Part shown: positions 8,544 through 19,556 of the stretch, one piece after another
How positions within the stretch are numbered: position 1 is the first letter of the stretch
Layout of the letters: each line of letters begins with the position of its first letter
Assembly: GCA_965213705.1 (NCBI GenBank)
Contig: OZ243913.1
Coordinates: 1,408,001 to 1,472,000 of the forward strand
Source: Trueperaceae bacterium
Lineage (GTDB): Bacteria > Deinococcota > Deinococci > Deinococcales > Trueperaceae
Direction of reading: 5' to 3'
DNA: 64,000 bases
Position numbers and translations under genes: made by a program
Notes under the pieces: model-generated
The model's input: only the letters and a program-made list of their open reading frames with translations
The model's database searches: none
Told to the model about the DNA's origin: nothing

Positions 8544-10544
8544 ATGATTGCGGCGATGGACCAGCTCACCGTCGTCGGGCGGCGCAGCGTGGCGAACGAC
8601 CTACTGGTGAGTTTGCAAAGTTTGGGCGTGGTGCAGGTCGACCCCCTGGAGACCAGCGAAGACTTGCCGCTCGAGCGCCTGCGCTTGGCTGAGGCCGACC
8701 GGGCGCAAAAAGACGGTTGGGACGCGGCGGTCGCCCGGTCGGCGGGGCTGCTCGACGCGCTGGGGGTGCACAAAGTCAAACCGGCAAGCCGCACCGAAGT
8801 GCCGGGCAAGCTCGACGAGTTGACGGGGGCGCTCGAGGCCGTCGGCAAAAACGTCGACACGCTGTTGGCCGAACGCGGCGAAATCCGCGACGAACTCGAC
8901 GTTGTCGGGACCTACCTGCCGGTGTTCAGAGACCTCGCGCCGACGCTGGCGCAGTTCGACGACAGCCGTTACCTGTTCGCCACCGCTTTCGCGGTCGCGG
9001 CGGACGCGCTCGAGGCGACGCTTCGAAACGTCGAGACCGACCTCGACGGGCAGGTCGTGTTCAGTACGCGCCCGCGCGCCCGGGATGTGCTGGTGGTCGC
9101 GGTCGTTCTCAAAAGCGACGAAGCCGCTCTCAAAGGCGCTATTTCACGAGCGGGTTACGCCGAACTGACGCTGCCCGAGCAGTACGCCGATTTGGGGGTC
9201 GCCAAGGCTGCGCACACGATGGAGGAGCGTTCCCAAGCGCTGCCCAAGCGTTTGCAAACCGTCGACGCGGACCTCGCCAAACTCGCTGAGCAGCACGGTC
9301 CGAAGTTGGCGACCATGAACATGGTCGCGCTCAACCACCAAAGCCGTTTTGAACGTTTGGAGGACATGGCCGAGGGCCGCTACAGTTTTGCGCTGCGGGG
9401 TTGGGTGCCGAGCGAGGAGCGCGCCCGCGTGGTCGAGGCCGTCAAGAAACAGTTCGGCGACGACGTCGTCGTTGAGACCCGGCACGCCGACGACCACCAC
9501 GACTACAACGTACCGGTCAGGCTCGACAACCCGGGTTGGGTCAAGCCTTTTGAGGGTTTGCTGGCCCTGTTCGCGCCGCCCAAGTACGGCAACTTCGACC
9601 CGAGCTGGACGCTGGCGGTGTTTTTCCCACTCTTTTTTGGCGTGGTCATCGGCGACATGGGGTTCGGGCTGTTGTTCGCAGCGCTGGCGCTGTGGATGCG
9701 GGGCCGCGGCGCGGCGGGCAAAGAACTGAGTTTGGGGCCGCTCGGTGTGGTCATCCCGCCGGGGGCGCTCCGGCCCATCAGCACCATCATCTTGTGGTGC
9801 GCGGTGTGGGGAATTGTCTGGGGCTTTTTGTACGGCGAGTTTTTCGGCAACTTTTTGGAATACTGGCCGCACGACAACCCGGTCTTTTATATTCCTGGCG
9901 AGCTGCACGAAGGCAAACCCGCGCACGGGCTGATTCCGGTGCTCATCCCGCGCGTGGCGAACACCACGCCAATCCTGCTGTTGTCGCTCGGTTTCGGCAT
10001 TTTGCAGGTCGTCGGCGGCTGGGCGATTCGGGTTGTGTACGGATTTAAACACCACGACATGAAACACGTCTGGGAGGGTGTCGGCATGATTGGCGGTTTG
10101 GTCGGCCTCATCGTGTTTGCGACGGCCTACCTCACGGACAACGTGACGCCGCTAGTGATAGGTGTTTTGATAGCTGGATTTGCTGTCTACTTTCTGGGGT
10201 TGATTTTGTCGGGGGTGATTCTCATGCTCATCGAAATCTTCTCGAACGCGGGCAACATCTTGAGTTACCTGCGACTGTTCGCGGTAGGGTTGTCGGCGGC
10301 CTTGGTCGCCAACTTGGCGACCGGGTTGGGTTTCGCCCTCGGTGACACCTTGCCCATCATCGGACCCATCCTGGGCATTTTGGTGGCGCTGGCCGTCCAC
10401 TTTATCGCCATTACCCTGACCATCATCGGGCACACCTTGCAACCGCTACGTCTGAACTACGTCGAGTTTTTTACCAAGTTTGGTTTTTACGACGAGAGCG
10501 GGCGACCTTACGCGCCGTTTCGTCTTTTAGGAGGAAGATCATGA
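8544..10544 (+). CDS. atpI: V/A-type ATP synthase subunit I (a)
   Basis: GWVP, GDMGFG, LSYLRLFA and LRLNYVEFF motifs. Confidence 0.95.
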   Translation: MIAAMDQLTVVGRRSVANDLLVSLQSLGVVQVDPLETSEDLPLERLRLAEADRAQKDGWDAAVARSAGLLDALGVHKVKPASRTEVPGKLDELTGALEAVGKNVDTLLAERGEIRDELDVVGTYLPVFRDLAPTLAQFDDSRYLFATAFAVAADALEATLRNVETDLDGQVVFSTRPRARDVLVVAVVLKSDEAALKGAISRAGYAELTLPEQYADLGVAKAAHTMEERSQALPKRLQTVDADLAKLAEQHGPKLATMNMVALNHQSRFERLEDMAEGRYSFALRGWVPSEERARVVEAVKKQFGDDVVVETRHADDHHDYNVPVRLDNPGWVKPFEGLLALFAPPKYGNFDPSWTLAVFFPLFFGVVIGDMGFGLLFAALALWMRGRGAAGKELSLGPLGVVIPPGALRPISTIILWCAVWGIVWGFLYGEFFGNFLEYWPHDNPVFYIPGELHEGKPAHGLIPVLIPRVANTTPILLLSLGFGILQVVGGWAIRVVYGFKHHDMKHVWEGVGMIGGLVGLIVFATAYLTDNVTPLVIGVLIAGFAVYFLGLILSGVILMLIEIFSNAGNILSYLRLFAVGLSAALVANLATGLGFALGDTLPIIGPILGILVALAVHFIAITLTIIGHTLQPLRLNYVEFFTKFGFYDESGRPYAPFRLLGGRS

Positions 10545-10858
10545 AGAAAGTTAATGGAGTTTTAGGATTTTTGGCTTTGTTTGCACTCGCCGCGCTCGGT
10601 TTCGCCCAGGAGGGTGAAGAGGTCGTCACTGTAGGCCGCACCGTCGGCGACGGTCTTATTGCCATCGGCGCAGGCTTGGCTATCGGCATCGGCGCGATTG
10701 GCGTCGGACTGGCGCAAGCCGCCATCGGCAGCGCGGGCGCGGGCACCCTGGCCGAGCGGCCACAGGCTTTCGGTCAAATTCTCATCTACCTCGTCATTCC
10801 GGAAACGCTCATCATTTTCGCGTTCGTTATCGCGTTCTTCCTCTTCGGAGCGATTTAA
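10541..10858 (+). CDS. atpK: V/A-type ATP synthase proteolipid subunit K/L (c)
   Basis: Gly-rich hairpin with the ion-binding Glu in PETL; N-terminal signal-like leader. Confidence 0.93.
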   Translation: MKKVNGVLGFLALFALAALGFAQEGEEVVTVGRTVGDGLIAIGAGLAIGIGAIGVGLAQAAIGSAGAGTLAERPQAFGQILIYLVIPETLIIFAFVIAFFLFGAI

Positions 10859-10861
10859 CCT

Positions 10862-11527
10862 ATGGCGAACCTGTCAGCCCTGCTCGAGAAAGAGGCGAGC
10901 GCGGAAATAGAAGCCATTCTCTCCGAGGCGCGCGCGCGCGCCTCGGAGTTGGTCGCTAAGGCGCGTACCGAGGCCGACGCAGGCGTCGCCCAGCAAGAGC
11001 GCAGCGCCAAGGCGCAGTACGACGCGGCGCTGGTCCGCTCGAGCAGCGGCGCGCAACTCGAAGCCTCGTCCCTCAAACTGCGCGCCCAACACGGGGCGGT
11101 CGAACGCGTGTTCGCGGCGGCCAAGACTTCGTTGGAGGCGCTCACGCAAGACAAAGCGGCGTACGGCGACGTGCTGAACAAACTGTTGACGCAAGCCGTC
11201 GAGGGTCTGGGCGGCGCCGCCAAAGTCGCGGCCGTCGTCGTCAATCCTGCGGACCAAGCGGCAGCTGAAAAAGCTGCCGCCGCCCACGGTCTAGCCGGCA
11301 AGGTCGAGACTTCCGACGCTGTTCGTGGCGGCGTGCGCGTGCGCGCCACGGGCGGCAACGTTACCCTGGAGAACACCCTGTTCGGCCGGTTGGAGGCCGT
11401 GCAAGACGAACTCGCCTCGGACGTGTCGCGGGCGCTGTTCGGGACGCAAGCCGGCGCCCAAAAGAGCGCGCAGAACGTAGCCAAACCCGCGCACGGCGGC
11501 TCGACCGACTCAGCGGCCGAGGTTTAG
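10862..11527 (+). CDS. atpE: V/A-type ATP synthase subunit E
   Basis: Coiled-coil N-terminus, GGVRV...ENTLFGRL C-terminal domain, operon position. Confidence 0.9.
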   Translation: MANLSALLEKEASAEIEAILSEARARASELVAKARTEADAGVAQQERSAKAQYDAALVRSSSGAQLEASSLKLRAQHGAVERVFAAAKTSLEALTQDKAAYGDVLNKLLTQAVEGLGGAAKVAAVVVNPADQAAAEKAAAAHGLAGKVETSDAVRGGVRVRATGGNVTLENTLFGRLEAVQDELASDVSRALFGTQAGAQKSAQNVAKPAHGGSTDSAAEV

Positions 11528-11531
11528 ACCC

Positions 11532-12545
11532 GTGTCGTCGGACTACGGCTACATCAACGCTCGGGTGCGCGGACTGAAGTCCAAGCTGTTGGGGCCGGAG
11601 TTTTACGCGTCCGCCTTGGAGGCCACCGACTACCGCGCTTTTTTGGCGGCGCTGTCGCAGTCGCCTTACTTGCGCGAAGTCGAGGAGGCGCAAGCCCGCT
11701 ACGACGGCCTGAAAGTCGTCGACAAGGCGCTGGCGAGGGACTTTTACACCACGACGCGGAGCATCCTCAACTTTTCAGACGGCTTGCCCCACGACCTCAT
11801 CGCGCTGCTGCTGCTGCGCTACGACCTTTACAACGTCAAGGCCGTCGCCCGCGCCAAACACGCCGGCCGCGAGCTTGAAGCCGTGCAAGAGGTTTTCTTC
11901 CCGGCGGGCACGCTCAAACCTGCGGTGCTGGACACGGTTGCGGGCGCTACAGACATGGCGGCGGCGGCGCAAGCGCTTCTAGCCACGCCGACGCCGCTCA
12001 AAGGGGCGTTTTCCCGCGCGGCGAGCGCGTACCAGTCGGACCAGGACCTGTACGCGCTCGAGCTGGCCTTGGACCGCGCTTACTACCGGATTATTTTCGA
12101 CACCTTGGACCGGGTAAACGCGCCGCGCGACTTTGTGCGCTACATGCGCCGCGAAGTCGACGCTACCAACTTGCGCACCGCGCTCAAACTGCGCGGTAGG
12201 GACACGGCTCGGGACGACCTGTTTATCCCCGGCGGCAAAGAGGTGGGCCGCGCTGTTTTCGACACCGTTGCGGGCGACACCTCGGCGGGCGCGTTGCAAG
12301 TTTTGAACGGCACCGGTTTCGCCCCCGTCGCCGACACGAGTACGCTGAGCGAAGCCGAGGAAGCGATTCGCGCGGTCGTCAACCAAAGCGCCAAGCGTTT
12401 GGCCGCCGACCCCTTGGGCATCGGCGTGGTGGCGAACTACCTGCGCTTAAAAGAAGAAGAAGCGGCGCGGCTGCGCCTGCTGGCGCGCGGCAAGTTTTAC
12501 GGCGTGCCGCGCGACACGCTGTCCAGGGAGTTGGGCTATGCCTAA
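11532..12545 (+). CDS. atpC: V/A-type ATP synthase subunit C
   Basis: YGYINARVRG N-terminus, LDRAYY, D..NLRT.L motifs. Confidence 0.92.
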   Translation: MSSDYGYINARVRGLKSKLLGPEFYASALEATDYRAFLAALSQSPYLREVEEAQARYDGLKVVDKALARDFYTTTRSILNFSDGLPHDLIALLLLRYDLYNVKAVARAKHAGRELEAVQEVFFPAGTLKPAVLDTVAGATDMAAAAQALLATPTPLKGAFSRAASAYQSDQDLYALELALDRAYYRIIFDTLDRVNAPRDFVRYMRREVDATNLRTALKLRGRDTARDDLFIPGGKEVGRAVFDTVAGDTSAGALQVLNGTGFAPVADTSTLSEAEEAIRAVVNQSAKRLAADPLGIGVVANYLRLKEEEAARLRLLARGKFYGVPRDTLSRELGYA

Positions 12546-12864
12546 GATGCTGATTTTGACCGACAGTGAAACGGCCACAGGCTTTCGCCTGGCCGGGGTC
12601 GAGGTGCGCGAGGCGTCCGAAGAAAACGCCTTGAAAGAACTCGAGGGCGTTATCGAGTCTCAACAGTACGGCCTCGTCGCGGTAGACGAACACCTCGTCC
12701 CCGACCCGGTGCGCGCGACCGCTCGCGCCATGCGCGGCCGCGAACTGCCCGTCATCTTACCGATGCCGAGCTTGGGTGCGGCCTTCGGCGAAGGCGGCGA
12801 CGCAACCGAGTACATGAAAGACTTGGTCCGCAGCGCCATTGGGTTCGACATCAAAATAGACTAG
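12538..12864 (+). CDS. atpF: V/A-type ATP synthase subunit F
   Basis: D.ETATGFRLAGV and AIGFDIK motifs. Confidence 0.93.
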   Translation: MPKMLILTDSETATGFRLAGVEVREASEENALKELEGVIESQQYGLVAVDEHLVPDPVRATARAMRGRELPVILPMPSLGAAFGEGGDATEYMKDLVRSAIGFDIKID

Positions 12865-12891
12865 GATTGAGTAAACTTGTTTTAACGGGAG

Positions 12892-12954
12892 AGTTCTTGG
12901 GTATTGGTTTTTAGTTGCTGCTCGAAAAACTGACGACCAAAAACCAACAACTTC
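12892..12954. repeat. heptamer-repeat inverted element, family A
   Basis: gttcttg ggtattg gttttta gttgctg, followed by complementary aactgac gaccaaa aaccaac. Confidence 0.7.
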
Positions 12955-12970
12955 TTTCAAAGGAGGAACA

Positions 12971-14710
12971 ATGGCAATCGAAGGAAAAGTCCAGCGCATC
13001 TCCGGCCCGGCGGTCATTGCCAACGGGATGATGGGCGCGCGCATGTTCGACATCGTGCGCGTAGGTAAAGAGCAACTCGTCGGCGAGATTATCCGTTTGG
13101 ACGGCAACACGGCCTTTGTACAGGTTTACGAAGACACCGGCGGCCTGACCATCGGCGAGCCGGTCGTCTCCACCGAACTGCCCCTGGCCGTCGAACTCGG
13201 TCCGGGCATGTTGAACGGGATTTTCGACGGCATCCAGCGTCCCTTGGACAAAATCAAAGAGGCGTCCGGCACCTACATCGAACGCGGAATTGTGGTCAAC
13301 TCGCTGTCACGCGAGGCGAAGTGGCCGTTCACGCCGAGCCTGAAAGTCGGCGACGAGGTTGCAGGCGGCAGCATTTTAGGCACCGTCCCCGAGTTCTCGT
13401 TCACCCACAAAATCCTCGTGCCGCCCAACGTGACCGGCAAAATCAAAAGCATCAAAGGTGCGGGCGACTACACGCTGGACGACGTTATCGCCACGCTAGA
13501 AGACGGCACCGAACTCAAGCTTTACCACCCCTGGCCGGTGCGCCAGGCGCGCCCCGTGGAGCGCAAGCTCGACCCGGTTACCCCCTTTTTGACGGGGATG
13601 AGGATTCTGGACGTGCTGTTCCCCTTGACGATGGGCGGCACCGCGGCGATTCCGGGGCCTTTCGGCTCGGGCAAAACGGTGACGCAGCAATCCGTCGCCA
13701 AGTACGGCAACGCCGACATCGTCGTCTACGTGGGCTGCGGCGAGCGCGGCAACGAGATGACCGACGTGCTGGTCGAGTTTCCCGAACTCGAAGACCCGCA
13801 GACCGGCAATCCGCTGATGCACCGCACGGTCTTAATCGCCAACACCTCGAACATGCCGGTGGCGGCGCGTGAGGCATCGATTTACACGGGGATTACGCTG
13901 GCCGAATACTTCCGCGACCAGGGCTACCGCGTGTCGGTCATGGCCGACTCGACTAGCCGTTGGGCCGAGGCGCTGCGCGAAATCGCCTCGCGTTTGGAAG
14001 AGATGCCTGCGGAAGAAGGGTATCCGCCTTACCTCGCCTCGAGACTGGCCGCCTTTTACGAGCGCGGCGGCCGCGTGACCACGCTCTCAGGCGAGCAGGG
14101 GGCCGTTTCCATCATCGGCGCGGTTTCCCCGGCGGGTGGTGACTTCTCCGAGCCGGTCACCCAGGCGACACTTCGTATTACGGGCTGCTTCTGGGCGCTC
14201 GACGCCTCATTAGCGCGGCGGCGGCACTTCCCGGCCATCAACTGGAACCGCTCGTACTCGCTCTTTACGGGCATTTTGGAAGACTGGTACGCCGAGAACA
14301 TCGCGCCGGACTTTTCGCAACTCCGCGACCGCGCGGTGACGCTGCTCCAGCGTGAGAACGAACTGCAAGAGGTCGTCCAGCTCGTTGGTCCGGACGCGCT
14401 GCAAGACCAGGAGCGCTTGATTATTGAAATCGGGCGCATCTTACGGCAGGATTTTTTGCAGCAAAACGGTTTCGACCCGGTCGACGCCTCGTGCTCGATG
14501 CCCAAAGCCTACGGGATGCTCCAGATGATGCTGAAGTTTTACGACCAAGCGCAAGAAGCGCTCCGCGGCGGCGCGACCATCGACGATATTCTGCAAGACG
14601 AGGTGACCGAAAAAATCAACCGCGCCCGCTACACGCCCGAAGACGAGTTCGAGGCGTACAAAGAAAACGTGCTGAACGAACTCGAGAACGCCTTCGCGGT
14701 CGCCGCTTAA
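12971..14710 (+). CDS. atpA: V/A-type ATP synthase subunit A (catalytic)
   Basis: Walker [26 protein letters not shown]; 579 aa, no intein. Confidence 0.98.
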   Translation: MAIEGKVQRISGPAVIANGMMGARMFDIVRVGKEQLVGEIIRLDGNTAFVQVYEDTGGLTIGEPVVSTELPLAVELGPGMLNGIFDGIQRPLDKIKEASGTYIERGIVVNSLSREAKWPFTPSLKVGDEVAGGSILGTVPEFSFTHKILVPPNVTGKIKSIKGAGDYTLDDVIATLEDGTELKLYHPWPVRQARPVERKLDPVTPFLTGMRILDVLFPLTMGGTAAIPGPFGSGKTVTQQSVAKYGNADIVVYVGCGERGNEMTDVLVEFPELEDPQTGNPLMHRTVLIANTSNMPVAAREASIYTGITLAEYFRDQGYRVSVMADSTSRWAEALREIASRLEEMPAEEGYPPYLASRLAAFYERGGRVTTLSGEQGAVSIIGAVSPAGGDFSEPVTQATLRITGCFWALDASLARRRHFPAINWNRSYSLFTGILEDWYAENIAPDFSQLRDRAVTLLQRENELQEVVQLVGPDALQDQERLIIEIGRILRQDFLQQNGFDPVDASCSMPKAYGMLQMMLKFYDQAQEALRGGATIDDILQDEVTEKINRARYTPEDEFEAYKENVLNELENAFAVAA

Positions 14711-14720
14711 AGGAGATAAA

Positions 14721-16139
14721 ATGGCTTCAAATTTGCTGAAAAAAGAGTACAGCGAGGTCAGTTACGTCTCGGGGCCGCTGCTGTTTTTGCAAAACGCCTC
14801 CGACTTGGCTTACAACGCAATTGTGCGCATCACCGACAACTCGGGCCGTGAGCGCGGCGGGCAAGTCATCGAAGTGACCGACGAGTTCACCGTGCTCCAG
14901 GTGTTCGAAGAGACCTCCGGTATCGACCTGGCGAGCACAAAAGTGAGCCTCGTCGAGAACGTCGCCCGTTTGGGTGTGGCGCGGGACATGATCGGCCGCC
15001 GTTTCAACGGCATCGGCGCGCCCATCGACGGCCTCCCCGACGTGGTCGCCGACAAGCGCATCCCCATCGGCGGGGCGCCTATCAACCCGGTGGCGCGGCA
15101 AAAACCCGAGGAGTTCATCCAGACCGGCATCTCGACGGTCGACACCCTCATGACCCTGGTGCGCGGTCAAAAGCTGCCGATTTTCTCGGGCTCGGGGCTG
15201 CCCGCTAACGAACTCGCCGCGCAAATCGCGCGGCAAGCGAAGGTGCTCGGTGAAGGCTCGGAGTTCGCCGTCGTCTTCGGCGCGATGGGCGTCACCCAGC
15301 GTGAGCTGACTTTCTTTACGCAAGAGTTCGAGCGCACCGGCGCGCTGGCGCGTTCGGTGTTGTTTTTGAACAAGGCCGATGACCCCGCGGTCGAACGTCT
15401 GCTCACGCCGCGGATGGCGCTCACAGCCGCTGAATACCTCGCCTTCGAGCACGGCTACCACGTCCTCGTCATCCTCACCGACATGACGAACTACTGCGAG
15501 GCGCTGCGCGAAATCGGCGGGGCGAGGGAAGAAATTCCCGGTCGCCGCGGCTACCCCGGTTACATGTACACGGACCTCGCCTCAATTTATGAGCGCGCGG
15601 GCGTGGTGGAAGGCGTTTCTGGCTCGGTCACGCAGATTCCGATTCTGTCGATGCCCGACGACGACGTGACCCACCCGATTCCCGACTTGACCGGTTACAT
15701 CACCGAAGGGCAGATTTATTTAGCCCGCAGCCTCCACAACCAGGGTTACTACCCGCCCATTAACCCGGGTCCGTCTTTGAGCCGACTCATGAACAACGGC
15801 ATCGGCGCGGGCAAAACGCGCAAAGACCACAAAAACGTGGCCGACCAACTTCAGGCAGCTTACGCCAACGGCCTCGACCTGCGCCGACTCGTCGCGATTA
15901 CGGGTGAGGACGCGCTTTCCGAGACCGACAAGCTGTACTTGAAGTTCGCCGACGAGTTCGAGAAAAAGTTCATCGACCAAGGCAACGAAGACCGCGCCAT
16001 CGACGACTCGCTCGACATCGCCTGGACGACCCTGTCGCTGCTGCCCAAGAGCGAACTGACCCGCCTGAGCCGCGAGCAAATCGACAATTACTACGGCGCG
16101 AAAATGGAAGCGATGTGGGGCGCGGGGAAAGGTATTTGA
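14721..16139 (+). CDS. atpB: V/A-type ATP synthase subunit B
   Basis: [38 protein letters not shown]. Confidence 0.98.
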   Translation: MASNLLKKEYSEVSYVSGPLLFLQNASDLAYNAIVRITDNSGRERGGQVIEVTDEFTVLQVFEETSGIDLASTKVSLVENVARLGVARDMIGRRFNGIGAPIDGLPDVVADKRIPIGGAPINPVARQKPEEFIQTGISTVDTLMTLVRGQKLPIFSGSGLPANELAAQIARQAKVLGEGSEFAVVFGAMGVTQRELTFFTQEFERTGALARSVLFLNKADDPAVERLLTPRMALTAAEYLAFEHGYHVLVILTDMTNYCEALREIGGAREEIPGRRGYPGYMYTDLASIYERAGVVEGVSGSVTQIPILSMPDDDVTHPIPDLTGYITEGQIYLARSLHNQGYYPPINPGPSLSRLMNNGIGAGKTRKDHKNVADQLQAAYANGLDLRRLVAITGEDALSETDKLYLKFADEFEKKFIDQGNEDRAIDDSLDIAWTTLSLLPKSELTRLSREQIDNYYGAKMEAMWGAGKGI

Positions 16140-16148
16140 GGAAGTAAA

Positions 16149-16209
16149 AGTTCTTGGTTTTAGGTATTAGTTTTTAGACTAAAGACCAACGACCAAGAAC
16201 GAATAACCT
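16149..16209. repeat. heptamer-repeat inverted element, family A
   Basis: agttctt ggtttta ggtatta gttttta, then gactaaa gaccaac gaccaag aacgaat. Confidence 0.7.
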
Positions 16210-16238
16210 TCTTCCCCCTTCTCCTCAAAAGGAGCACT

Positions 16239-16970
16239 ATGGCAGAACAAATCGCACCGACAAGGTCGAACCTGCTCCAACGGCGGGACCAACTGCGGCT
16301 CGCCATACGCGGAGCCGACCTGCTGAAGCGCAAGCGCGACGCGCTCATCTCGGAGTTTTTCGACCTCGTGAAGTCGTCGTTGGAAGCTCGGCGTGCGTTG
16401 TCGAGCACGAGTCAGGAGGCGTATTTCAGCCTCTTTCTGGCTAAAGCCTGGGACGGCCCCGAGGCGGTCGAGAGTTTGAGCTTGGCCGAACAGTCGGGCC
16501 TGGACCTAGAAATCAAGGTGGAGAACCTGTTCGGCGTCAAGGTGCCGCAGGTGCAGCCGCCAACCTTTTCAACCGACCTGCCCTTTTCACCCGTGAACGC
16601 GGGCGCGCGCACCCTGGACGCCGCCGCGCAGTTTCGCCAGCTTACCGAAGCCCTCATCAAAGTGGCCGCGACCGAAACGCGGCTGCGGCGAATAGGCGAG
16701 GAAATCAAAAAGACGAACCGGCGGGTGAACGCCCTGGAGCAACTCGTCATCCCCGGTATCAACGTGCAAATCAAAGACATTCGCAGCGTGCTGGACCAGC
16801 GAGCGCTGGAAGAAATCACCGTGTTGAAGCGTATCAAGGCCAAGCTCGAGGCGCGTGACAAAGAAGACAAGGCCAAGTCTGACGACGCGAAAGCCGACGC
16901 GTCCGCGGCTTATCCCGAGAATACTCCTGAGCAAACGATGGCGCAGCGTGTCGAGGCCCCGGCACCCTAA
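16239..16970 (+). CDS. atpD: V/A-type ATP synthase subunit D
   Basis: PTRSNLL, LLKRKRDAL, KKTNRRVNALE. Confidence 0.96.
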   Translation: MAEQIAPTRSNLLQRRDQLRLAIRGADLLKRKRDALISEFFDLVKSSLEARRALSSTSQEAYFSLFLAKAWDGPEAVESLSLAEQSGLDLEIKVENLFGVKVPQVQPPTFSTDLPFSPVNAGARTLDAAAQFRQLTEALIKVAATETRLRRIGEEIKKTNRRVNALEQLVIPGINVQIKDIRSVLDQRALEEITVLKRIKAKLEARDKEDKAKSDDAKADASAAYPENTPEQTMAQRVEAPAP

Positions 16971-17029
16971 AACCGGCACCGTCTTACAGGCCGGCTCAAG
17001 ACAGGCCCTCCCACAGCAGACCGCGAACG

Positions 17030-17060
17030 AGTCCCCGCCCGGCGGGGACTTTTCGTTTTT
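17030..17060 (+). terminator. intrinsic terminator of the ATP synthase operon
   Basis: agtccccgcc/ggcggggact stem followed by a T-rich tail. Confidence 0.75.
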
Positions 17061-17440
17061 CAACACCTCTCGGTCAAAAAAGGCCATTTGCTGGTACGCC
17101 CACTTAGCTCGGCAGAGGCTTGGTAACCCTTCGCTTTCATGCGGATTCCGATACTACAGCTCCCCTTGGAAGAGGTGTTCGCTTCCTTGTCGCTAGTCCG
17201 TATTTTTTCTCGCTGAAGAGTTCTGAACCGGTAAGACTAACAACGCTTTACCCATGCTCAGCTTTTCCTGGTCACGACCTCTGGTTCAAGATTGCTCGCA
17301 TTTGATTCCGAGAGAATAAATACGGAAAGGGTATCAGGCCGCAGGTGCTTCGGACGCCTCCGCTCTGAGTAACCCGGAGAATCACCTGGAAACGGTATTA
17401 CTTCATTCGCTGCGCTGGCGGAACGTTTTAAACTCAAGGC

Positions 17441-18208
17441 ATGAAAAGATTTTTGTTTAGCCTCGCAACCCTCGTCGCGCTGGTGGCCTGCGCTCCCACA
17501 ACCACGACCGGCCCGACAAACGCTGGAGACGTGCCGGCTGCAGACACGGCGGCTAAGGACACGGCGGCGGACACAGCCTTTACGCTCCCACCCAAACCGC
17601 CGGAAGCGCGCTGGATTATCGCCGTGCCCAACTTTGAAGTGCGCGCGGGCAACGTAACGATAGGTCAGGCCGACCTGAGCGGAGAAGGCCCCGACTTTTA
17701 CAAAGAACTCGGTTCGGGCGTGGCCGATATTTTTGTTACCGAGGCGTTTCGTAGCGAGCAGTTCCGCATCACCGAGCGCGCCGAACTGGACAAAATCATC
17801 AGCGAGCAAGACCTAGCCAGCAGCGGCCGCGTCGACTCGGTGACCGCCGCCGAGGTAGGACGCATCACCGGGGCCGAACTCATCGTGTTGGGCAGCCTGT
17901 CGGAGTTCGGCGTCACGACGACGGGCGGCGGGGGCAAGGTGCTGGGCGTCTTCGGCGGCAGCACCGAGACGGTGACCACCCGTGTTACCGTCGACATCCG
18001 CATCGTCGACGCCGATACCGCGGAGATTTTCGCCATCGGCAGCTCGACGAGCGAACAGTCACAGTCAAACGTGAGGTTCGACCTCGGCAACATCCTGCGC
18101 GCGATTTCGGCCGGGCGCAGCGGCACGACCATCGTCGATATTGCCGTTCGTAACGCGATTCGCGGCGCTATCGACGAGGCGGCTTTGAACCTGCCAGACA
18201 AGCCCTAG
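17441..18208 (+). CDS. CsgG/HfaB family lipoprotein
   Basis: Lipobox LVAC; F.I.ER.ELDKIISEQ.L and G.ITGAELIVLGS motifs. Confidence 0.82.
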   Translation: MKRFLFSLATLVALVACAPTTTTGPTNAGDVPAADTAAKDTAADTAFTLPPKPPEARWIIAVPNFEVRAGNVTIGQADLSGEGPDFYKELGSGVADIFVTEAFRSEQFRITERAELDKIISEQDLASSGRVDSVTAAEVGRITGAELIVLGSLSEFGVTTTGGGGKVLGVFGGSTETVTTRVTVDIRIVDADTAEIFAIGSSTSEQSQSNVRFDLGNILRAISAGRSGTTIVDIAVRNAIRGAIDEAALNLPDKP

Positions 18209-18323
18209 CACCTCACCTGAAGTTCATAAACCGGAGCGTCGCCCTTTACAAGGACGGACAAAAACGGTTAGCATGGCGGTGGGCAGACAAAAAGCCGAAA
18301 ATCTCACAACAGAAAGAGGTACC

Positions 18324-19346
18324 ATGCGTAAACTTTCCGTTTTTCTTTCCCTGTTAACATTTCTCGTTTTGGGAACGTCTTTCGCGCAGACGAGTCTCTT
18401 GGACACCATCAAACAACGCGGCACCTTGGTTTGCGGCGTCAACGGCACCGGCTTGGTCGGTTTCGGCAACGTCGGCGCTGACGGCGAGTGGACCGGTTTC
18501 GACGTGGACTTTTGCCGCGCCATCGCCGCCGCCGTGTTAGGTGACGCCAACGCGGTCGAGTTCCGCGGGCTGTCCGCGCAGGAGCGCTTTACCGCCGTGC
18601 AAACCGGCGAAGTCGACGTGCTCATCCGCAACACCACCTGGACCTCCTCACGCGACACGGCTGCGAGCCTCAACTTCGCGCCGACGAACTTTTACGATGG
18701 CCAGGGTTTTATGGCTCGAGCCGACTCGGGCATCACCACCTTGAACGACCTAGAAGGCCGCCGCATCTGCGTGCAGTCGGGGACCACCACCGAACTCAAC
18801 TTGGCCGACGTACTGGGCGCGCTCGGCATCAGCTTCACGCCGGTCGTGTTCGAAAACAACGACCAGCTCACCGCCGCCTACGACGACGGCGCGTGTGACG
18901 CCTGGACGACCGACCGCTCGGGCCTCGTCGCCTCGCAGACCCGTTTGCGCGAGCCCGACGCCCACACCGTCCTCGACCAGACGATTTCCAAAGAGCCCTT
19001 GGCCCCGTCCGTGCTGGACGGCGATTCGAAGTGGTTTGACGCGGTCAAGTGGGTCGTGTATGGCCTCATCGCCGCCGAAGAGTTCGGTGTGACTTCCGAG
19101 AACGTCGAGAGCGTCGCCGCCGAAACCCCGAACCCCGAGCTGCAACGGATGCTCAACAACGAAGGTGACATCGTCACCCAAATCGGCTTGCCCGCAGACG
19201 GCATCAAACAAGCCATTGCCCAAGTCGGCAACTACGGTGAGATTTTCAACCGCAACCTAGGCCCCGACACGCCCTTCAACTTGGGCCGCGGGCTGAACGC
19301 GCTCTACACCGACGGTGGCCTGATGTACGCCCCGCCCTTCCGCTAA
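18324..19346 (+). CDS. aapJ: general L-amino acid ABC transporter substrate-binding protein (AapJ/BztA-like)
   Basis: GFDVDFCRAIAAA, RNTTWT.SRD, VGNYGEIFNRNLG, YAPPFR; GAGG RBS before ATG 18324. Confidence 0.92.
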   Translation: MRKLSVFLSLLTFLVLGTSFAQTSLLDTIKQRGTLVCGVNGTGLVGFGNVGADGEWTGFDVDFCRAIAAAVLGDANAVEFRGLSAQERFTAVQTGEVDVLIRNTTWTSSRDTAASLNFAPTNFYDGQGFMARADSGITTLNDLEGRRICVQSGTTTELNLADVLGALGISFTPVVFENNDQLTAAYDDGACDAWTTDRSGLVASQTRLREPDAHTVLDQTISKEPLAPSVLDGDSKWFDAVKWVVYGLIAAEEFGVTSENVESVAAETPNPELQRMLNNEGDIVTQIGLPADGIKQAIAQVGNYGEIFNRNLGPDTPFNLGRGLNALYTDGGLMYAPPFR

Positions 19347-19360
19347 GCCCACCGCTTCAT

Positions 19361-19390
19361 AAAAGGGGTGGCGAAAAGCCGCCCCTTTTG
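19361..19390. terminator. hairpin after the substrate-binding gene
   Basis: aaaaggggtggc-gaaaa-gccgcccctttt. Confidence 0.75.
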
Positions 19391-19556
19391 CTATTTCGAC
19401 GTTCGACGGTAAGGCTTATTTTTGAGAGTCGGCCCCGAGACTCGGCGGGACTACCTAGAGCTTACGCGCCGAGAGCCGGACAAAAACAGGCTAAAAAGAA
19501 AGTCCTCAGGTATTTGTTAAACTAAACCACAGCCAACGCACCGTTTCAGGAGGTCC

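Noticed and set aside
10150..10210. Low-GC patch inside atpI
   Set aside because: Explained by T-rich codons of a transmembrane helix; the frame is intact.
10541..10858. Signal-peptide-like leader and Q...ET pattern in the c subunit as a novelty or a sign of Na+ coupling
   Set aside because: The Thermus thermophilus proteolipid has the same features and is proton-coupled; ion specificity cannot be called from this.
12971..14710. Intein in ATPase subunit A
   Set aside because: Normal length and an uninterrupted Walker A region.
17061..17428. Possible ncRNA or gene remnant in long spacers (also 6652-7050 and 7716-7983)
   Set aside because: No recognisable RNA family, convincing structure or credible ORF by eye; an Rfam search would be needed.
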